Assembly (NCBI GenBank): GCA_039799905.1
Contig: JBDLRP010000045.1
Location: 32,564 to 96,563, forward strand
Reading direction: 5' to 3'
DNA from: Pseudomonadota bacterium
Lineage (GTDB): Bacteria; Bdellovibrionota_B; Oligoflexia; Silvanigrellales; Silvanigrellaceae
DNA length: 64,000 nucleotides
In this document: positions 39,541 through 46,989 of the stretch, one piece after another
Layout of the letters: each line of letters begins with the position of its first letter
Numbering within the stretch: position 1 is the stretch's first letter
Notes under the pieces: generated by a model
What the model saw: only the letters and a program-made list of their open reading frames with translations
The model's database searches: none
Told to the model about the DNA's origin: nothing
Translations under genes and position numbers: made by a program

Positions 39541-40782
39541 TTGAGTGTGTTTGCAAAACTGGATCGTCTGATACTTTCAGAAATTGCATCGCTGACTCTG
39601 GTTATTTTGGCCATTCTCAGCTCAGTGATGTTTCTGTTCAGAATCCTCACGATGACCGATTATTTCGTATTGACACAAGAGGGGCTCCTCTCTCTCCTGA
39701 TGTTCGTCATCTTCGTGATTCCCAACATACTGAAGCTGACTCTGCCGCTCTCTTTGTTGTTTGCTGCTGCAATCGTGACGGTCCGAATGTCGGGTGACCG
39801 TGAATCCGAAGCGTGGATGAGTTCGGGCGTCGGCATTGCGCGTTTTTGCCGGGCACCTCTGGCGCTCGGTGCTATTTTTGCGGTGTTTGCATTGCTCAGC
39901 GCCCTTTGGATGGAACCCTACGCCCGCCAGCAATGGCGACGCTTCAAGTGGATTCATGCGCGCAAAGGCGTGGAGGCCCTGCTGGAAAACCGTTTGAAGG
40001 AAAAAACCTTCATCTCGGATATTTTTCATGGCGGCGGCACCAAAATTGCCCTTTACGTCGATTCAATTGCTCAAGAGAAGTCAAAATTCGGTGGTGTTTT
40101 TCTCGGAATCAATTCGTCTCAGGGTGGCCCCTCACAGATTCTGACCGCCGAACGGGGTCAGCTGCGCAAAGATACCGAAAGCGGCAACTATGATTATATT
40201 TTTGAGCTCCAGAATGGCCGCCTGCACCAGCCACTGGGCGAGGGTACTTGGAATGTGATGGCCTTCGACAATCTGAAAATTTCGCTGGTCAATATGTTTC
40301 AGAAGCAGTTTGAGATTGGGCAATTCGACAGTAATGACATCCGCTCAAATTATCCGAAAAAGTATCTTGAGGAACTCGAGCAGCTGCGGACGCGTGCCGA
40401 TTGGGGTTCCAATCAGCGCTCAGTCCGTGATCACACTTATTTTTATGAGCAGATTGTGGTCCCGCTCTCGTGTCTTTTCTTTCCAGTAATAGGGGTTTGT
40501 CTGGGGCTGCAGGATCCGCGCCGGCGAGCCGGATTTGCCTATTTTGGCTTGCTTCTGATTGTTTTTATTTTCTACGCTCTCATCATGTCCAGTCAGCAGA
40601 TGGCCGTGAAATTTATTTTTCCTCCTGAAGTTTCTTTGTTCTTTCCGCTTTCCTCACTTCTGCTGATGGCGGCGGTTTCCTTGTTCTGGAGGCAGCGCCA
40701 CCCACCGTCCACACCGTTCGGAGAATTCGTTGCGCGCGAGGCCGGGCGGATTCTGTTCCGGCTGAGAGGGCAAAAAAGATGA
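39541..40782 (+). CDS. lptF: LPS export ABC transporter permease LptF
   Basis: LDR.IL.E, PLSLLFA, RMSGDRE..AW.SSG; 3+3 TM layout; paired with lptG. Confidence 0.85.
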   Translation: MSVFAKLDRLILSEIASLTLVILAILSSVMFLFRILTMTDYFVLTQEGLLSLLMFVIFVIPNILKLTLPLSLLFAAAIVTVRMSGDRESEAWMSSGVGIARFCRAPLALGAIFAVFALLSALWMEPYARQQWRRFKWIHARKGVEALLENRLKEKTFISDIFHGGGTKIALYVDSIAQEKSKFGGVFLGINSSQGGPSQILTAERGQLRKDTESGNYDYIFELQNGRLHQPLGEGTWNVMAFDNLKISLVNMFQKQFEIGQFDSNDIRSNYPKKYLEELEQLRTRADWGSNQRSVRDHTYFYEQIVVPLSCLFFPVIGVCLGLQDPRRRAGFAYFGLLLIVFIFYALIMSSQQMAVKFIFPPEVSLFFPLSSLLLMAAVSLFWRQRHPPSTPFGEFVAREAGRILFRLRGQKR

Positions 40783-41870
40783 TTTTTGCCAGATATCTTT
40801 TGCGCGAGTTCATCAAATTTTATCTGTCGATTTCGACTGGATTCGTACTCGTATACTGTGTCATCGATTTCCTCGAAAAAAACACCCGTTACTTTCCCAA
40901 CTACAATGCTAAAGCTGAAGTTATACTCGAGTACTATCTTGTTCAAATGCCAAAGATGTTTGTCGACATCAGCCCGTTTGCGGTGATGTTCGGCGCCATT
41001 CTGACGTTCTGGATTTTTGCCCGCAGCGGAGAAATTGCGGCCTTGCGTGCGGCCGGACAGTCGATCCGTCGGATCTGTATGCCTGTGGTGTTCACCAGTG
41101 CGGCCATCGGATTTATATGTTTGCTGACAATGGAGTTTGTTGTTCCGCCGGCGTTGTTGCAGCTGCAGAAAATTGAAAAAGTTAAAATTGAGAAATCGGC
41201 ATTGTCGCAGATGTTTCTCGAGAGCCAGTGGGTGACCGGGCAAAATGCAATCCTGCACTTCAAGAAATTGAACCAGCTCGAGCACAGCCTGATGGATGCC
41301 GAGTACGTGGTTTTCCGCGGACGCGGAGAAGTCGCTCAGATTGTTCACGCGCAGCGGGCGGTGTTCGACCCGTCAGGCGGAACGTGGAAACTTCTGGCGG
41401 CAAAGGTAAGTCATTTTGGCGATGCTGGCGAGCTACTTTCGGTCTCGCAAACGGGGGAATTCAAAACTTCGGTGGCGTCTCAGCCGCCCAAGCTGCTGCG
41501 TGAGGGCATATCTTCTGATTTGGTCAGCTTTCGCGAGTTGCGGCAGGTTCTCACAGACAGCAAATCGACGGGAGCCGCAATGGCGAGCCGCGAAACTGAT
41601 TTGTATCAGAAGCTCAGCACCCCGTTTGCCAACTTGATTTTCGCTTTTTTCTCTTTTCCCTTCGCCTTGCGCAGGGAACGGCAGGCAGATACATATATCG
41701 GGATTGTCGCATGCCTGCTTGCGGCGTCTGTGTTCTGGGGTAGTGCAGCTGCGATGCGGGCTGTTGCCGCGAATGGTCTGCTGCCAAGCTTTGTGGCTGC
41801 ATGGTTGCCGACTGTTCTTTTTTTGGCCCTCGGAATTGCCCTCATGCTCAAGGTTGATCGGAGAAGTTAA
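40779..41870 (+). CDS. lptG: LPS export ABC transporter permease LptG
   Basis: ARYLLREF, RSGEIAALRAAG.S..RI..P, LLPSFVAAWLP; ATGA overlap with lptF. Confidence 0.87.
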   Translation: MIFARYLLREFIKFYLSISTGFVLVYCVIDFLEKNTRYFPNYNAKAEVILEYYLVQMPKMFVDISPFAVMFGAILTFWIFARSGEIAALRAAGQSIRRICMPVVFTSAAIGFICLLTMEFVVPPALLQLQKIEKVKIEKSALSQMFLESQWVTGQNAILHFKKLNQLEHSLMDAEYVVFRGRGEVAQIVHAQRAVFDPSGGTWKLLAAKVSHFGDAGELLSVSQTGEFKTSVASQPPKLLREGISSDLVSFRELRQVLTDSKSTGAAMASRETDLYQKLSTPFANLIFAFFSFPFALRRERQADTYIGIVACLLAASVFWGSAAAMRAVAANGLLPSFVAAWLPTVLFLALGIALMLKVDRRS

Positions 41871-42844
41871 TGAAGGATCTGCATTCTATTCTGAAGGCGG
41901 TCTCGCGCGGAACTATGGAAATTGGCAAGGCCGAGACACTCATTCAGGAGCTTTTTGAAGCCTCTGTGCTCCGGCAGGGAAGTGAAGTTGAAGGCAATGC
42001 TCGACGTTCACGCGAGCGTGCTCGGGGCAAAGCGGAAACCGAAAATGTCAAATCCAAAAAGGTAATGGATTCGGCACTCTCTGGTCTTGGTGGAAAAATC
42101 GGCTTCGAAGCATTCTTGAAGAAGTCGCGCGAATTGGGACGAAAAGTCGATTTCAGACCCAGTCACGATGGATTTGATGCCAAGCTATCGATTTTCAACT
42201 CTGTCGACGTCAGTCCAGATACGACAGTTGAAGGCAATGCGATCTCCGGGTCGCAATGGAAATCCGTGTCTTTCGGCGATACAGCCGAAGTGCGCAGCAA
42301 TCATTTTACAATCTCGCAAGTCAGCAGGTTCAATTGCCAGCGTTCCAATTTTTCCTCCAATGAATTTGGTCTGACCCGTATGGCGGACATGACGGTTCAA
42401 GAATCCCGTTTTGAGGACAACCGCATCTCGCGTTCGATGTTGACGGATTTCTCGATGTCGGAAGCAGATTTCACTCATAACCGCATTCTACGCTCTGAAA
42501 TGGCTGGTATTGTTCTCAATGCGAGTCGAATCACGAACTCGGTGTTCTCCTCAAGCCGCTGGATTGAGTGTGAGTTTGACCAGAGTGACCTGCAGGGGCT
42601 GCGTTTTGAAGATTGCTCATTCACTGAGTGTCGTTTCGCCAATTGTGAAATTGTCGCCACCGACTCCGCGGCTCTCAATGGGCTGCATGTCAGGGGTATG
42701 ACCTTTGAAGGGCTCAGAACGGTAGAAGATCTGATTTCTGCTCTTGAAACCAAGCCCGCGCGGGAACAGAATCCTGCCCGTTCCGAAACTCAGCAGGGCG
42801 GGGAAGGCCACCGACGCAGGAAGATTCGTTCCCGTCGTCATTGA
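41870..42844 (+). CDS. Pentapeptide-repeat protein with short helical N-terminal module
   Basis: 5-residue periodicity (S.F..N.F..., CEF...DL...RF..CSF..CRF); TAATG overlap with lptG. Confidence 0.75.
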   Translation: MKDLHSILKAVSRGTMEIGKAETLIQELFEASVLRQGSEVEGNARRSRERARGKAETENVKSKKVMDSALSGLGGKIGFEAFLKKSRELGRKVDFRPSHDGFDAKLSIFNSVDVSPDTTVEGNAISGSQWKSVSFGDTAEVRSNHFTISQVSRFNCQRSNFSSNEFGLTRMADMTVQESRFEDNRISRSMLTDFSMSEADFTHNRILRSEMAGIVLNASRITNSVFSSSRWIECEFDQSDLQGLRFEDCSFTECRFANCEIVATDSAALNGLHVRGMTFEGLRTVEDLISALETKPAREQNPARSETQQGGEGHRRRKIRSRRH

Positions 42845-42898
42845 TTCTTTTATTTTGTAGGTTAACTAGAGCGTCATTTGCAGAAAGGAATACGAGCC

Positions 42899-43906
42899 AT
42901 GGCAATTCGAGTTGGTATTAATGGTTTTGGACGTATCGGCCGTTGTGTTGCGCGTGCATTGCAATCTCACAAGGATATTGAGCTTGTCTTAATCAACGAC
43001 CTCACAAACGCTGTGACACTGGCTCATCTGCTTAAGTATGACTCAGTGCATGGTCAGGCGGCGACTTCCGTTGAGGCACGCGAAAATGCACTTGTTGTCG
43101 GTGGAAAATCGATTCAGGTGACAGCAATCAGTAATCCGGCCGAAATTCCATGGGGTCAAAACAAGGTTGATGTTGTTCTCGAGTGCACAGGTCGCTTCAC
43201 TAAAGGTGAAGAGGTCGCTGCCCATATCCGTGCCGGCGCGCGCAAGGTGATTCTCAGTGCTCCAGGCAAAGCCGTCGACAAGACCATTGTGATCGGCGTG
43301 AATGACAACGAGTACAACATGAATGAGCACAACGTTCTGAGTAACGGCTCTTGCACTACTAACTGCCTTGCTCCAGTCGCGCTGACACTCAATGATGCGT
43401 TCGGAATCAAGAAGGGATTGATGACGACAATCCACTCGTACACAAATGATCAGCGCATTTTGGACCTGCCGCACTCCGACCTGCGCCGTGCCCGCGCCGC
43501 CGCTTTGAGCATGATCCCCACCAGTACGGGTGCTGCTAAAGCGATTTCCGAAGTTATTCCGTCGCTCAAAGGCAAGTTGAACGGCATCGCTGTGCGCGTA
43601 CCTACTCCCAACGTTTCGCTGGTGGATGTGACCTTTGAACTCGAGAAAAGCGCGACGGCCGAGCAGGTGAATGCTGCGCTCAAGGCCGCCTCCGAGGGAC
43701 GCCTGAAAGGCATTCTTGGCTACAGCACCGAGCCGCTGGTTAGCTGCGATTTCAACGGCAGTGCATTCTCAAGCGTTGTCGACGCGGAGTACACGACTGT
43801 CATTGGCGACAACATGGTCAAAATTCTCTCTTGGTACGACAACGAAATGGGCTTCAGCAATCGCATGATCGACCTGACCCGTTTGGTGGCCACAGGCAAG
43901 CGCTAA
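42899..43906 (+). CDS. gap: Type I glyceraldehyde-3-phosphate dehydrogenase
   Basis: GINGFGRIGR, SNGSCTTNCLAP, RARAAA, RVPT, WYDNE. Confidence 0.98.
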   Translation: MAIRVGINGFGRIGRCVARALQSHKDIELVLINDLTNAVTLAHLLKYDSVHGQAATSVEARENALVVGGKSIQVTAISNPAEIPWGQNKVDVVLECTGRFTKGEEVAAHIRAGARKVILSAPGKAVDKTIVIGVNDNEYNMNEHNVLSNGSCTTNCLAPVALTLNDAFGIKKGLMTTIHSYTNDQRILDLPHSDLRRARAAALSMIPTSTGAAKAISEVIPSLKGKLNGIAVRVPTPNVSLVDVTFELEKSATAEQVNAALKAASEGRLKGILGYSTEPLVSCDFNGSAFSSVVDAEYTTVIGDNMVKILSWYDNEMGFSNRMIDLTRLVATGKR

Positions 43907-43935
43907 TCCGCGATGCTGAGCCGCTCGTCCGCATG

Positions 43936-43963
43936 ACGCTCACGTTTGTGAGCGTTTTTTTTT
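43936..43963 (+). terminator. Intrinsic terminator after gap
   Basis: ACGCTCAC-GTTT-GTGAGCGT followed by a T run. Confidence 0.85.
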
Positions 43964-45056
43964 ATTCGCTGTCTGCCTGAAGCCGGCTGCGTCCGTACCA
44001 AAATCTGCGATGATGTGCTTTGCGCAGGGCAGACTGCGCGAGGCGATTCAACAATTGGTCATAGTCGTATCCAGCAGCCTCGGCCATTTTTGGCAGCACA
44101 CTATAATAGTAGGAGAGTCCGGCCAGCGGATTGACCTCGAGCAAGAATGGCCGACCGTGCCCATCCAATTTCCAATCGAATCGGGCAAAATCTTCAAGAC
44201 CAACTCTCTGCTGCAAAATATGCATCGACTTTTCGATGATAGACCGAGTTTCGGTGGATAATTTGGGAAAGCTTATTTTTTCGCCCATTTCGTCTTTGCT
44301 TTTGTTTGCGAGCCCATAGACTCCTGTTGGGACTTCTATCTGCGCAATCGGCAGACTCTCGAACGGGGCGTGACCCAAAAAAGCGGATGTGAGTTCAGCT
44401 CCGGTCAGCAACTCTTCAATCAGCAGGCCGTCAGGGAATGCGCTCAGCATTCGTATGCAGGTTTCGCGGGATGCCAAGACGGTTCTAGGAATTGAAGTTT
44501 CAGCATCGATTCCCATACCCGAACCCTCGCAATCCGGTTTTATAAAGTGCGGACGCGCGAGGAAAGCATCCGGCAGATTTTCCACATCCTCAAGAGATTG
44601 AACCACTCGAAACTCGGGAGTTGGAATTCCGTTATAATGGCAGATGATTTTAAAGGTGCTTTTTCGCATGGCCATGCATTGTGCAAATGGAGGGCTGCCG
44701 ATGAACGGTATTCCCGATAGTTCACACAGCGCTGGAATCCACGCTTCGCGAGATGGTGTGCCCCAACCCTCGGTGAGTGTGTGCACGAGATCGGTTTGCG
44801 AAACACAGCTCGACCATTGAATCAGGAAATTTTTATCCAGTGGAAGTTCGATAACTTCATATCCGTTCTTTCTCCAGCCCGCGGAGATTCGCTCAATGGT
44901 TTGCCGAGTCTCCCATTCTGCCTCGGCATCCGACGGAAACGGATGCTTATCGTTTCGTACGAGTTTTTCAGGCAGATCAAAGATAAGTGCGATCGTTTGT
45001 TGTCTGTCTGATTTGCCAGAATCGATCTGCGGATTCATTTTTGTCTCCGTGTGCAT
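43962..45056 (-). CDS. D-alanine--D-alanine ligase-family ATP-grasp protein
   Basis: REA.IPALCE..GIPFIGS, FIKP..EGSGMGI, LIEE.L.G.E, ARFD, LEVNPL.G. Confidence 0.85.
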   Translation of the reverse strand: MHTETKMNPQIDSGKSDRQQTIALIFDLPEKLVRNDKHPFPSDAEAEWETRQTIERISAGWRKNGYEVIELPLDKNFLIQWSSCVSQTDLVHTLTEGWGTPSREAWIPALCELSGIPFIGSPPFAQCMAMRKSTFKIICHYNGIPTPEFRVVQSLEDVENLPDAFLARPHFIKPDCEGSGMGIDAETSIPRTVLASRETCIRMLSAFPDGLLIEELLTGAELTSAFLGHAPFESLPIAQIEVPTGVYGLANKSKDEMGEKISFPKLSTETRSIIEKSMHILQQRVGLEDFARFDWKLDGHGRPFLLEVNPLAGLSYYYSVLPKMAEAAGYDYDQLLNRLAQSALRKAHHRRFWYGRSRLQADSE

Positions 45057-45098
45057 GAGAGCGCATCGAGCTCAATTGATCTTATTCGCGTTGCAATC

Positions 45099-45127
45099 TT
45101 GACATCAAAATACGTGATGCCTATACC
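45099..45127 (+). promoter_or_regulatory. sigma70-type promoter candidate for the histone-like gene
   Basis: TTGACA-17 nt-TATACC. Confidence 0.55.
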
Positions 45128-45272
45128 AGCGCGACACGAATGTGATGAATTGCCGAGTTAAAAAAATTTCTCAGTTGCAGTCCATCGAACGCTACCATTT
45201 TTTTTTATCGTGGTTTATCATTCGTTGTAGATTCGATTTTGCATTGCCAGATTTCAGGGAAAGGAGAATCTC

Positions 45273-45707
45273 ATGGCAGAAGTAAAGAAGGCCGCTCCAA
45301 AAAAGGTGGCCAAGGTAAAGAAGGCAGCCAAGAAACCAGCGGTGAAAAAAACCGTTAAGAAAAAGACTGCGGCGAAAAAACCTGCAGCTAAGAAAACGGC
45401 AGCCAAGAAAACTGCGGTAAAGAAAACTGCAGCAAAGAAGACAGTAAAGAAGGCTGCTAAGAAGACTGTTAAGAAGGCCGCCAAAAAGACAGTCAAGAAG
45501 ACCGCAGCTAAAAAGCCTGCAAAAAAGAAAACAGCTGCGAAGGCCAAGAAGGCTGTAAAAGCAAAAAAAGCAGCCGCTCCTAAAAAACGCGGCCGTCCTA
45601 GCAAGCTCGAGAAGCTTCGTCAGACCCACCGCCGCGGTCGTCCGCGCAAGGGCGCTGCGAAGGCTCATGCTTCCGAAGGCGGAATGGGCGAGTCCGGACA
45701 GCTCTAA
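45273..45707 (+). CDS. Histone H1-like Lys/Ala-rich protein with two AT-hook motifs
   Basis: AAGGAG SD; KKTAA/KKTV repeats; KKRGRPSK and RRGRPRK. Confidence 0.85.
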   Translation: MAEVKKAAPKKVAKVKKAAKKPAVKKTVKKKTAAKKPAAKKTAAKKTAVKKTAAKKTVKKAAKKTVKKAAKKTVKKTAAKKPAKKKTAAKAKKAVKAKKAAAPKKRGRPSKLEKLRQTHRRGRPRKGAAKAHASEGGMGESGQL

Positions 45708-45734
45708 GCTTGCCGATTCACCTGGCACCTTATA

Positions 45735-45777
45735 AAAGGCTCGGCGGATGTTCTGGATGAACTGAGGCCGGGCTTTT
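45735..45777 (+). terminator. Possible terminator hairpin between the histone-like gene and mutY
   Basis: AAAGGCTCGGC / GCCGGGCTTTT stem with G-U pairs and a long loop. Confidence 0.4.
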
Positions 45778-46902
45778 ATGTTTATTGAAGATAGTCATCT
45801 CGCAGACCACCCGAATTGGGTGAATGTTCTTCTCGCTTGGTATGACCAACACAAGCGGGACTTTCCTTGGCGTCGCAAAATCGATGTTTATCATACGTGG
45901 ATCTGTGAGGTGATGAGCCAACAGACCACTATGGCCGTTGTTGTTCCGCGTTTTGAACGATTCGTCGCGACCCTGCCCGATGTAACATCGCTGGCTGACT
46001 GTTCGGAAGATCTTCTGCGCGAGCTGTGGTCTGGATTGGGCTACTATGCGCGCGCAAGAAATCTGCGCAATGGTGCACGCTATATCGTGACTGAGCGCGG
46101 TGGTCACTTTCCGGCCAATTATGAGCAATGGCTGACGGTGCCGGGAGTAGGGCCATACACTGCAAGCGTTATAGCAAGCATCTGCGCGCGCGAAGCGAAA
46201 GCCTGTGTCGATGGAAATGTCATTCGCGTGGTCGCACGCTTGGCCGGTTTTTCGTCCACTGAAGTCTGGTCGGAGCTTGGCAAGAAAAGCATTCAGGGCA
46301 TTGCTGACCGTTTTATCGATCACGACCGTCCGGGAGATTTCAATCAGGCGATGATGGAACTGGGTGCAACGCTGTGTCAGAAGCAGTCGCCGGGCTGTGG
46401 ACGCTGTCCGATCAAAACCGTCTGTCGCGCTTCTCAACTTGGAATAGTCGCCCAGTGCCCGCCCAACAAACCTCGAAAGCAAACGGAATTTGTCGAGCTC
46501 GATGCGCTGCGTGTGAGTTCTCCCGCCGCGGGTGGAAATGAACAGTATCTTCTCGTTGCAAGAAAACGTGGTTTTTTGAGCGAGACGGTCGGCTTCCCGC
46601 TTTTTCCCGAGACAGATCGCTCTTCGCTGCACACTTGGTTGAAAGAAAATGTGCACGTGAGATCTGTGCAAATCAGCAGCGAAGAACCATCTCATACCAT
46701 AACCAACCATCGTATTTCAGTGCGGGTTGTTGATGTCGAGTTGTTCGAAGGGGCAGACTTGTCGAGCGAATTTGTGCGACACTTTTCTCAGCGGTTTGCG
46801 GAGTCAGTCACCGACTGCCGCTGGGTGTCAAAATCCCTCACAAAAAAGACTGTGGCGTCTTCGCTGGATCGCAAGATTTGGGAAAATATTGCCCTCTTTT
46901 GA
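45778..46902 (+). CDS. mutY: A/G-specific adenine glycosylase
   Basis: RDFPWR, EVMSQQT, W.GLGYY.RARNL, PGVGPYTA, VDGNV.RV, NQAMMELGATLC..QSP.C..CP....C. Confidence 0.96.
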   Translation: MFIEDSHLADHPNWVNVLLAWYDQHKRDFPWRRKIDVYHTWICEVMSQQTTMAVVVPRFERFVATLPDVTSLADCSEDLLRELWSGLGYYARARNLRNGARYIVTERGGHFPANYEQWLTVPGVGPYTASVIASICAREAKACVDGNVIRVVARLAGFSSTEVWSELGKKSIQGIADRFIDHDRPGDFNQAMMELGATLCQKQSPGCGRCPIKTVCRASQLGIVAQCPPNKPRKQTEFVELDALRVSSPAAGGNEQYLLVARKRGFLSETVGFPLFPETDRSSLHTWLKENVHVRSVQISSEEPSHTITNHRISVRVVDVELFEGADLSSEFVRHFSQRFAESVTDCRWVSKSLTKKTVASSLDRKIWENIALF

Positions 46903-46989
46903 CGGAACGCACCAATTTCATTTCAGAAGTAAACCGATTAGCATGGAGAGCGCGGGTCGCGTAAAGGCTAATTTTTGAGGACGTGCTGT

